Assembly: GCA_950097015.1 (NCBI GenBank)
Contig: CATNEN010000024.1
Coordinates: forward strand, 868,001 to 932,000
Length of the DNA: 64,000 nucleotides
Source: Macrostomum hystrix
Taxonomy: Eukaryota; Animalia; Platyhelminthes
Reading direction: 5' to 3'
The position numbers were made by a program, and so were the translations under genes. Shown one piece after another: positions 1 through 10,800 of the stretch. Each line of letters opens with the position of its first letter. The stretch's first letter is position 1. The notes beneath the pieces were generated by a model. The model had not been told where the DNA came from. It ran no database searches and saw only the letters and a list, made by a program, of their open reading frames with translations.

Positions 1-913
1 ACCACTGCCCCAGCCTCTCTTTGTGGCTCCATAGCTTATACTTCTCTCCCCATCCAACCAAGCTTGCCTTGATTAACTGCCCCCGCGCTTCTCCCACTTT
101 TCCATCCTCGGCCGTCTCTATTGAGGCTGGCAGGCCTATCCTCCGCCGCAAATTGGACGGGTCTCCGACCGAGTTGAAGATCTGGCCGTGCTTACACACA
201 CACAGACACACACACCCGCGCCAGAATTGCCAGCTGGCCTTTCGAATGAAGGCTTCTGTTCGGGGTGAGCGGTGGCGCCACAGCTCGCAGCAGCTAATTG
301 CCAATCGATATCCGATGTGGGGATTTCTCGATTGGAGGAGGCAGGTCTGCGGAGGGAAAGGGCTCCGCGGCCGCTGGCTGGCTGGCCCTTGGTTCAGGCT
401 CGAAAGACGGTCCGATCAGACAGTGGAAAAAGAGAACGAAAGGAATAAAGTGGACCAGATGAGGACGCGTGGGAGAAGCAGCGACAGACGCCGGTCCGGA
501 GGCGAGTTGTGGAGTGTTTTTTTTAAAAGGCCGGTTGGTCGTGCTGCTTGCTCAGAGCTTCGATTTTTGGCACTTTCTTCACACAGTCGGCGAAGAAGAC
601 AGCTAGAGCCTTTCTCTTCCGCCCCGAGGCTTGTTTGCGAAAGGAAAGGCGACTTTCTTACTGCGGCTTCGCCCTTTTATCGCCCTTCATCTTTTCCTGT
701 TCAGACCGGTTCCAGAGTTCGATACTGTCGTTGGTTGACAGCGCAGCCGCTTTGGTCCACCACTGTTTCCCAACGGTAAGCATTGTGGATGCTAAGACGG
801 ATAAGCTATAAACCTCTTTAAACATAATGATGAACAGAAGATAGGATAGTCCGGAAATAAGTTTGAATCTCCGACGAATTATAAAATCAGCAGGACAGAG
901 TAGCGCCGCTTCG

Positions 914-2419
914 ATGGCAGCCACCAGTCTCAGCCCACCAGCGGATACCGACATAGAGTCCGCTCTTCGCCAACTGCCAGTTGCTTCGCCCGCTCCGGAC
1001 TCAAATGGCGCGGCCCGCTACGCCGAGTACGGTCTCCTCGTGTGTGCCGGCATCGTTGGCATTGTTGGCAACGTTGGTATACCACTAGTAATTCTGTCAG
1101 TGAAGCGTCTACGCAAGGCTGCCAACGCGTTCATGTTTCATCACTGCCTGCTAGACCTGATGAAGTCTCTGTACAGCCTCCTGTTTGCCAACAGCCTGCT
1201 GTACGGCCAGGAGCCCAGATTCTGCAGCCTTCTTGGCGGCTCTTTCATCGTGTGCGTCACTGGCACGGCGTTCAATATGCTGGCCATGATCATGAGCGAG
1301 GCCTACGTCTACGCTGACCTGAATGCTGGCTTGAAAGACAGCGGCAACTGCTGCTGCATCCTGTTCAGCATCAGTACCATCTGGTTCGCCAGCATCATAC
1401 TTAACCTAGGCGTGGCCTTCCTACCCGGAAATCCCAGCTACATTGAGAAAATCGGCCATTGCACCTTTCGCTACGGTGAGACCAGGAACTACGTCCTGCA
1501 CGCGCTTTGGATTGTCCTGGTGACGCTGGCCATCGGCCTGGCTGTCTTGTACCTACGAAAGCTCTACCAGGACATCACGGCTGGCCAGCTTGCAGACAGC
1601 CAGCTGTCCCGCACCGTACGCCAGTCATTGGAACGTCGAAGTGGCCACGAGCGTCCAGGCGATTGCGCCGACCCCGTTGCTGAGAGGGCCCTGCTCCGCC
1701 GGGTTCAGCGGTACGCCATGACCAAGCTGTACATGCTGCTCCTGCTCACGGCACTGTTTGTGCTGTTCTGGTACCCGCTGTTCGCTTTGACCCTGGCTGA
1801 TCCCGGCTACCTCGGACAGCCGGTGGCTTACCGCGCCTTGACCATGTTCGCTTGCTGCAACTCGGCCGTGAACCCCTTCGTGCTCGCCTGCCTGATTGGC
1901 GGTCGGGGCTGCTGCCGTTCCGAGATGCCGCGGCTAAGGCTTCGCCGAGTCGGATCTGCTGAAGCTGATGACGATGCAATGTCGGATGAAGTAGCAATGT
2001 CTGGAGCCGCCGCATCTGCTGTCGCGGCACCAACGGGACCAGCCAGTGGTAGGGCTGGTCGGGCCGGCGGCAGCGGCCATCAGCTTCGACAGCTGCTGCC
2101 GTCGAGCGACAGTTTCGCTGTTGGCTCCTCAGGCGGCGAGCCGGAGCTGCCCCCGCTGCCATCTCTGGCCGGCGTCTATAGCAACGAATTTTTTAGCCTG
2201 CACGAGGCTCCGACGCAGCCACCGCGAGCGGTGCCTCCACCGCCGCCTCCGCCGGCCGCCTTCATGCGCCGCATGGAATCGCTAGACGGCTGCACGGAAC
2301 CGCATCCGACGCCGCCTCCGCCTCCGCCACCTCCTATGCTTCAGGCTGGTGCATCCTCTCGCTATAGCGCAGCATGGGGCGTACGTGTGATGCAATCCAG
2401 CCTTCAGTCCACACTTTGA
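914..2419 (+). CDS. Class A (rhodopsin-like) orphan GPCR, SREB/GPR85-GPR27-GPR173-like, single coding exon, ~501 aa
   Basis: First ATG at 914 (MAATSLSPP), stop TGA 2417-2419. Seven hydrophobic segments; GIVGNV (TM1), CLLDLMKS (TM2), GHCTFRY (ECL2 Cys), FWYP (TM6), NSAVNPFV (TM7). By-eye similarity to recalled GPR85 segments (LLDLCCSDILRS, TAFMLFCI, QCTFQH, AGINPFV). Possible 5'UTR intron 776-890 (CG|gtaag ... atcag|). Confidence 0.88.
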   Translation: MAATSLSPPADTDIESALRQLPVASPAPDSNGAARYAEYGLLVCAGIVGIVGNVGIPLVILSVKRLRKAANAFMFHHCLLDLMKSLYSLLFANSLLYGQEPRFCSLLGGSFIVCVTGTAFNMLAMIMSEAYVYADLNAGLKDSGNCCCILFSISTIWFASIILNLGVAFLPGNPSYIEKIGHCTFRYGETRNYVLHALWIVLVTLAIGLAVLYLRKLYQDITAGQLADSQLSRTVRQSLERRSGHERPGDCADPVAERALLRRVQRYAMTKLYMLLLLTALFVLFWYPLFALTLADPGYLGQPVAYRALTMFACCNSAVNPFVLACLIGGRGCCRSEMPRLRLRRVGSAEADDDAMSDEVAMSGAAASAVAAPTGPASGRAGRAGGSGHQLRQLLPSSDSFAVGSSGGEPELPPLPSLAGVYSNEFFSLHEAPTQPPRAVPPPPPPPAAFMRRMESLDGCTEPHPTPPPPPPPPMLQAGASSRYSAAWGVRVMQSSLQSTL

Positions 2420-2945
2420 AATTTGCTCGCACTAACATTGTACCTGATAGCGCCAAGCCAGTGCTTCGTCTAAGTTAGACTTTACTCAGTAATTAATTAT
2501 AGTTACCTTAGTTACGCTGGCTTTCCATAGCAATAAATAACTCCTTACAGCAAGCTTTGTTGAAGCAACGAAAGAGTTTATAGTACCACGATTTACCCTA
2601 GCAACTGGATGATTTTCCTTAGTAACGTGGTTTTTTATGCCAACGTAACGGTTGTACTTTGGTTGTATATCAGTGAAACAAATCATCTAGCGTTTTTTCA
2701 CTTTTTTCAAGTCCAGTACTCGTGTTTGCTAGCTGCTTTATTACAGCATTCTGGGTTTTTATTTATAGTGCTGTTTGACAAAAAATGATCTGATACAGAC
2801 AAAGCAGCCCCTCGTTTAACATACCTGCTGTTAAACATTGACTTACTACTGTCACATTTATTCAACAGGTGATGCATCAATTTAATAGGCCACATTCCTG
2901 ACTAAAAATTATTGGCAGTCCTATCTCACAGAGGGCACTCCTGTC

Positions 2946-3378
2946 TAACAGGTGACACTCCCTTCATAACAGGCGACACTCCCTTCATAACAGGCGACAC
3001 TCCCTTCATAACAGGCGACACTCCCTTCATAACAGGCGACACTCCCTTCATAACAGGCGACACTCCCTTCATAACTGGTGACACTCCCTTCATAACAGGT
3101 GACACTCCCTTCATAACAGGTGACACTCCCTTCATAACAGGTGACACTCCCTTCATAACTGGTGACACTCCCTTCATAACTGGCGACACTCCCTTCATAA
3201 CTGGTGACACTCCCTTCATAACTGGCGACACTCCCTTCATAACTGGTGACACTCCCTTCATAACTGGTGACACTCCCTTCATAACCGGTGACACTCCCTT
3301 CATAACTGGTGACACTCCCTTCATAACAGGTGACACTCCCTTCATAACTAGTGACACACCCTTCATAACAGGTGACAC
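2946..3378. repeat. 21-bp minisatellite (ACAGGTGACACTCCCTTCATA), ~20 copies
   Basis: Direct tandem copies; source of the spurious GDTPFIT and MKGVSPV ORFs. Confidence 0.97.
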
Positions 3379-3739
3379 TGATACATTGCAACTGGTACAT
3401 TGTCGCGAGAAGATAGTCAGAAAAATGCTTAGGATTCACCAGTGCAATACAAATATGCATTTTTGCAGTTTATTAAAGTGCGAAAATGTAGTTTCTTGTA
3501 GTAATAGTTGTTTAGCAAGTTATACAAAAAAATTAAATCGACATAAAATGTCGGTACTACTATGTAGTATTCAAATACAAAGGACAAAACTGAAAAATAG
3601 GTACAGTGATTAAGTCAGTGCTGAACGCAGCCGACCAATTTATCTGGACAAAGAAATAAATTTCCGAATCTGTATACGATTCGGGAAAAATAATGCTTGA
3701 ATAAAATAAATGGCGCAATTCAGGTTAGCAACTTAGGCA

Positions 3740-4512
3740 ATCGCAGCTCCAGTCAGGTGAATCGCAGTTCTGGGTAAGGTAAATCGCAGTTCCAGTCAGG
3801 GGAATCGCAGTTCCAGTCAGGGATCGCAGTTCCGGTCAGGGGAATCGCAGTTCCAGTCAGGGGAATCGCAGTTCCAGTCAGGGGAATCGCAGTTCCAGTC
3901 AGGGATCGCAGTTCCGGTCAGGGGAATCGCAGTTCCAGTCAGGGGAATCGCAGTTCCAGTCAGGGGAATCGCAGTTCCAGTCAGGGGAATCGCAGTTCCA
4001 GTCAGGGATCGCAGTTCCGGTCAGGGGAATCGCAGTTACAGTCAGGGGAATCGCAGTTCCGGTCAGGGGAATCGCAGTTCCAGTCAGGGGAATCGCAGTT
4101 CCAGTCAGGGGAATCGCAGTTCCAGTCAGGGGAATCGCAGTTCCAGTCAGGGTAATCGCAGTTCCAGTCAGGGGAATCGCAGTTCCAGTCAGGGGAATCG
4201 CAGTTACAGTCAGGGGAATCGCAGTTCCGGTCAGGGGAATCGCAGTTCCAGTCAGGGGAATCACAGTTCTGGGTAAGGTGAATCGCAGTTCTGGGTAAGG
4301 TGAATCGCAGTTCTGGGTAAGGTGAATCGCAGTTCTGGGTAAGGTGAATCGCAGTTCTGGGTAAGGTGAATCGCAGTTCTGGGTAAGGTGAATCGCAGTT
4401 CTGGGTAAGGTGAATCGCAGTTCTGGGTAAGGTGAATCGCAGTTCTGGGTAAGGTGAATCGCAGTTCTGGGTAAGGTGAATCGCAGTTCTGGGTAAGGTG
4501 AATCGCAGTTCT
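3740..4512. repeat. Compound minisatellite: 21-bp GAATCGCAGTTCCAGTCAGGG block followed by 22-bp GAATCGCAGTTCTGGGTAAGGT block
   Basis: Two homogeneous blocks share the GAATCGCAGTT core; switch at ~4260. Confidence 0.96.
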
Positions 4513-4566
4513 AGATCATTGTGAAGTGATATTATCGTACTGAGTTCAATGCAATCACTCGATGTC

Positions 4567-4676
4567 GGCTCGTTCACACGGCCATCAAACGAAGCAAAAG
4601 CACACGTCTGCACATAATTTTCATGACCAATCGTATTTGAACATTGCACAAATGTTAAAAGCAGTGTGAACGAGCC
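4567..4676. mobile_element. 110-bp MITE-like element with perfect 13-bp terminal inverted repeats
   Basis: GGCTCGTTCACAC (4567-4579) and GTGTGAACGAGCC (4664-4676); no clear target-site duplication. Confidence 0.5.
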
Positions 4677-4865
4677 TTAAACTTGTGTAATTGATAAATA
4701 AATAAAAGTTTTTACAAAGTTTGTTAAAATCGTAGAATATTTTTAATACGAAGAGAGACAAAAATAGATAAATCCGTTAATGTATCCGTAAACATTTTTA
4801 ACTGAAACCGTTGAAAATCTATAAGTTTTCGTTGTCGAAAAGTATTCTATTCCTTTCCTTAATTG

Positions 4866-7800
4866 TCAAGGATTCGACCTTTTCGGTGGAAGTGCGGGTC
4901 CCTGGTCCTTCTGTGCCTCCACGTCGCCATACTCGTCATAAACATCATCTGCTCCTTGATTCTCTTGCTGATGCTGCGAAGGCAGGTTCTGGTACAACTG
5001 TTGGCTTGACTGTGGTGGCACGTTCTGGTACAACTGTTGGCTTGACTGTGGTGGCACGTTCTGGTACAACTGTTGGCTTGACTGTGGTGGCACGTTCTTG
5101 TAAATCTGCTGGTCCGTTTTGGGTTTTATGGGCGATGGATGTGGCTTAGAAGGTTGCGGAGTATCAAAGCGGCTAATGGATTCAGGTGACACGTGACTCG
5201 GCGGCTTTGGTGGCGGTCCACGCGCAAGCGAAATTTGACCAACCCGGGCAGTTGAACTCGTATTCGCTAGTTCGGTAACGTCTGCAGTCGTGTATTCGTC
5301 CTGCCACTCATCGGCCATAGCGCCAGCTCTGGCTGTGGAAGTCCCGCGTGCTTGGTCATTTACATCTGCAGTCGTGTACTCATCCTGCCACTCATCGGCC
5401 ATAGCGCCAGATCTGGCTGTGGAAGTCCCGCGTGCTTGATCAGGTACGTCTGCAGTCGTGTACTCATCCTGCTGCTGATATTTGTTTCGTTTTTTGGATT
5501 TGTAAAGTTCAGCAAATATTCGCGGATAAACCTAGGAGAGCTGCAGGTTGTTTAGGCCTAGAATTAAGTTACTCGTAACATGAGTCCTTTACTCACAGGT
5601 GTTGATCTTGAGCCGGCAGAGTAGGGATTCGGAGTCGCACCGCTAGAACTTCCTCGGGCTTGGACTTTGCTCTGCGGGACGAATTTCAAGAAACTATAGC
5701 TTTAGTAATATTTAAAATTAGTTAGTTTATGCATGCAACGTAGATGATGAATGAACGAACAATTATTGACAGTGTCTGCTTTGCCTCTCTTGACACCTCT
5801 TCGTAGCTGATTTGATGAAATAAATCACACTGGCATCGTCAAGACATTCAACGGTTCTCGTCGGGGTATCTGGTGGCAAACAAATAAATTTAGGCAAATA
5901 GTTTCGACTCACAAATTTTCATGATGTTACAGATGGTGATTCAGATGATTCATGATTCAGATGGTGGACTTTCACAAAAATCGATCACTTGGCTTGGGAT
6001 TGGTTCGGTCACTCGGTCACTTCACTACTGTTAAGGGAATGAACAGCAAAGAGATTAACGCTTTGTTCCAAGGTCCCTGAGCTCGATTCCGCAGCGAGGC
6101 CATACTTATCTTGGCGCAACCGTGGAGTGACTTCTTGTACAATTTATGCCCTTCAGAGCCAACTTCTAAGGCACGGTGAGTTGACAATCCGTACAGGGCA
6201 GATGCGTACGGTATCCGTGCGTGTGTGTGCCAGTGCCAGTGTCATTATACCAAACTTTAAACTTACGTCTTGCGTGTCCAGCTCTATCGTAGGAGATTCC
6301 GGCTTCGCATTGTCACAGGCAGATAATTTTCCCTGTAACAAAAATGCAGCAGAAAGAGGGTAGATATTTATTGTGTCATGAAAAATACTTATACAGTTAG
6401 CAACAGGAAATCCACCTGTCTTGACAAGACGATCAAGGTGACGACGATCGCAATGACGATTAGCCCGGCGATAGATCCACAAATTATAGCTATCAGTGAG
6501 ACAGGTAGCGAACCTAGAATATAATTGAAAATCCAGTCTCACTTTTCAATTCTTAATACAGGAAAGATGGCCTTGTAAAATGCCGTCGACTGTTGATATT
6601 ATTGTAATCAGTTCGTTAGAAGTTATCTACGAGTATATTGATTGGCGTCGAGGGCAGTGAGTGATTGGCAAATGTATCAAGGACCACTAGCATTACTTCG
6701 TTGGCCTATAGTCTAGAGGTCCTTGAAAGGTATACGCTGATTGGATTATAAGTAATTAGATGCCTGAAGAGTGAGCATGTACGATGATTGGATGAGGGGC
6801 AGATCCTTAAAGAGTGAAGGTAAACGCGGATTGGATGTGAGGGGCAGATCTGCAAAGAATGGAGTTGAACGCGGATTGGATGAAAGGGGCAGATCCGTAA
6901 AGAATGAAGTTGCACGCGGATTGGATGAGAGGGGCAGATCCGTAAAGAATGAAGTTGCACGCGGATTGGATGAGAGGGGCAGATCCTTAAAGAGTGAAGG
7001 TGAACGCGGATTGGTCGCTGGCAGCTCGCTCACCTGGCGCCATCTCGCCGGTGAAAAGCAACTGGAAGCCGGCCGCCTGCACACTGTAGTCGGTCGAGAA
7101 AAGGACACCGAGCACGTCGAATTTCGACCACTCGGCGGTGGTCGAAGCTAATCCATTGACGGCTGGTGGCAGGATCAGCTTGCCATCTATGGCTGAGGCG
7201 CCGTCATAGATTCGCACAATGTCCCGCTCTGTAGGTAACTCCAGCTCGGCGTTGGGGGCGAACTCGACGGACACCCGACCGCCGGTAGACGGCGCCCGGA
7301 CCTCCGCGTAGCAGCGCTGGTTGGCGGCGTAGTTCCACTGATTGTAGCCGGGATGACTGGACAGTATTGTCGGCGGGCTGCCGACTGTCGGAGCCAGCAG
7401 AACTCTGGAGCTCCCGCTGCAAGCTGAGGCCATGAGGTGGCGAAGAAGCAGAATTGAAGTTGCTCAAGTGTCAGTCTTATTGGTAAGGCGATGAAAGCTA
7501 CGCTCGTAGAATCGTTCACGATGCCTGATCTAAGCTAAATGTCATTTGATACTAAAATGTCCCTTGACCCGAAAATGTCCTCTAAAAGTCTCACGCGGCC
7601 TCTCCAACAGTCGGAAGGTCAGCCCGAAGCCGACGCCGCTAGTAGAATCGGCTTCGCTGTTGAACTCTACCAGCAGCTGATTGTCGGCTGTCACCAAGCT
7701 CGGCAGCGACGGTGCCAAACTGCCGCCGAAGTCGCGGCCGCAATGGGAGCCGACCCTGGCTGCTGGCTCCCGGCTGGCCTCGTAAAAGTGCACGCAGTCG

Positions 7801-10800
7801 CCCAGGCCAAGCTGCAGCAGGCCGACGTCTATGGCCAGGGAGTAGGCCGGCCTAGCCTGGATAAGCCATCGGCAGAGCAGGCCGGGCAGGTAGCGGGTGA
7901 AGCCGTAGTTGGTGTGGCTTACCAGCCTGCCGCCGGAGCCGTCCGAATTCCAGGAAACGTTGCCGCATGCTGGCGGAGCAAATTTCGTATGTAATGGTAT
8001 CGGTAAAGTACATGATAACTTAATGTCTCCATCTATTCATATATTATCTACCCATGGAGCTTAGTGGTAAGGTATTGGACTATCGCATGGAGGGCCTTGA
8101 AGTCGCATCGGCATGCGCTCCTCAATGTTAAGAAGGGCAGGGGATTTGTACAAATGTACGAATGGGACAGAATCGTCACCTTGACGACGACTGAACAACT
8201 TAATCTCTTCTCTAGCGACTCAAACACTTCCCTATCTGCAACGGAAAGCTAATTTAACAAGTCGGACGCTCGGCCTCCTTACTCTCTCCCGTGTCGAATT
8301 TCACAAAGAAGCCGGCCGGAGGGCTGGGCGTCTCAGGCGCATCCCCTGACGCAGTCGGAGCAGAGAATCGCAGCACCAGCGACTGCTTGGCGGTGTCAGC
8401 CGTCGGGCTCCAGTGCAGCAGCCGGTTGGTGGCGCTGGGACCGCACAGCTGCATCCTCGGCGAGCGATCGTCATTCAGCAGGAACTGCAGGCAGTCGCCG
8501 GGATGCAGGCTGACGCTGCTGAGCTGCAGGTTGAGTCCGCCGGTACCAAGCGGGAGGCGCCAGGCGCAGACCTGACCGCGCCGGTAAGCCAGCTGGCCGA
8601 CTCGTCGGTGGCTGCTGAAGGCGCCACGCGTCATCGATGACAAATCGACGACGTCGGCGGAGAGGCAGCCGACGTCTATAGGATCGAAGCTGGCCATCGT
8701 CAGATCGAGGAGCAGCGGCGGCTGAAGCAGGCTGGCGGCGCGGAACTCGATGCGCAGGTCGGTCTGAGCGACCGTCAGGTTGACGCGGCGCCAACCGCCG
8801 CCGCAGTAGGAGCGCAATGCGACGCCGCTGCCGCTAAGGTAGAAGCTGAGACAGTCTCCATTGCCGGAGAGAACAAAGCCGGAGCCAGTTGGCGACTGCA
8901 CCGTCAGCTGACTGCCTGCTGGAACGCTGACGCGCCATTGGCAGGAGAAGTTTTGAATGGCCGGAAATACCATTGCGTTTACTGAGTGGCTGCGCAGGCT
9001 GCCGCTCGTGCTGTTGTTCCAGGTAAGCGAGCCGCACACTGTATGTTTTTATGAAGCAATTATATATGTTTTTTGCTTGTTTGCTACAATACAAAGGCAC
9101 CAACTCCTGACAACCACCCCACTCCTCACAGACACCCCACCCCTGACAGCCAGCCATTCCTCACAGCCACACCACTCCTCACAGATACCCCACTCCTCAA
9201 AGACACCCCACTCCATCGCAGCCACCCCAGTCCTCAAAGACATCCCACTCATCACAGACATCTTACTTTTGACAGCCACCCTCTCTAGCCCCCACATTCC
9301 TCACAAAAACCCTTAAATTATCACAGACACCTTACTGCTAACAGACACCTCACTCGTGACAGCCACCCCACTCCTCACAGACACCCCAATTCCTCACAGA
9401 CACCCCACTCCTCACAGACAAACGTTCCTCACAGACACCTTACTCTTCAACGCCACCCACTTCGCACAGACCACGCCACCCCACACGTAACTCGTGACAG
9501 CCACCCCACTCCTCACAGACACCCCACTCCTCACAGACACCCCACCCCTGACAGCCAGCCATTCTTCACAGCCACCCCACTCCTCACAGCCACCCCACTC
9601 CTCACAGCCACCCCACTCCACACAGCCACCCCACTCCTCACAGCCACCCCACTCCTCACAGCCACCCCACTCCACACAGCCACCCCACTCCTCACAGCCA
9701 CCTCATTTCTTTGTTCATTTTCTCCATAAGCCATGTCCAGTTAATTTTTTTAATAGCTTCCCGCCTACCATATCCAACGAAGTAGCGGATTAGAAAATCA
9801 GGTACGACAGATTTGAGCACAACACTGATTGTAGCCTCAGCGACGTCAGCTGACTGCGCCTGAATGGGCAGCGGTGCGGCTCTGCTGCCGCTGAACACCT
9901 GGCTGCTGTTTATCCCGGTCAGCGACCGAGTGTCGATGATTGCACAGCTGTTTACATTTGGTAAAAACGAACTATCGAATCGGTAAACAAATTTGTGAGA
10001 TGCTGCCGGCTTGAAGTTCCAACTGCAGTAGTAATATGTGCTCGAATCTAGTCCAGCCGCACTGCTGCTGTTGCCGCCAACAAGGCCTTCGCCGTTCAGG
10101 ATAGTCTGGCCATTGCTGGGACAATCTGGAAAGTTGAAAAGCTGCATTAACATCTCTACAGCCATTCTGAGCTATTTAAAACATCCCATAACCAAGCCAA
10201 TCATATCTCAGCCTCTCCAACACTGAGCCAAGCCACTCCTCGCTCAGACACCTCACTCCATACCCACCCCACTCCTCACCCACCTCACTCCTCACCCTCC
10301 TCACTCCTCACCACCCCAATCCTCACGCACCTCACTCCTCACCAACCTCACTCCTCACCCACCCCACTCCTCACGTAACTCAATCCTCACCCGCCTCACT
10401 CCCCACAAACCCACTCCACAGAAACCTCCCTCCCCTCCTGTTTCATACCTTTCACCCAAAAATAGCGCAGCGCGAAGCCCCTGCTTCGGTCCTGGACATC
10501 ATAGTACGATCTTTCAGGTGCGACAGCCTCCAACCGGACAGTCACGGGAAACTCAGTGTTTAACAGCAGCTGGCGACTCGGACCGTCCAGAACTCCAGCG
10601 TCGCCGCAGTATCTTTGAAAAGTTATGGAAGCGTTAAACACGGACAGACAGTCACCGGGGCGCAGGTTGAGCTGGTCGAAGCGAATCAGCAGCTGCCGGC
10701 TTAAGCTGCCAGGCAGGGACCAACTACAGCTCGAACTGCCGGAGTAGCCAACCAGACCCAGATCCAGGTGGCTCTGGACTCGGCCTGACGGTCCCGCCAG

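Noticed and set aside
21-779. 252-aa ORF upstream of the GPCR
   Set aside because: No ATG at its start, no recognisable motifs, includes a CA-rich tract and ends inside a probable splice donor; most likely 5'UTR or promoter sequence.
2912-4649. Repetitive ORFs (GDTPFIT, MKGVSPV, IPLTGTA, NCDSPDW)
   Set aside because: Translations of 21/22-bp minisatellites in several frames; no splice or domain support.
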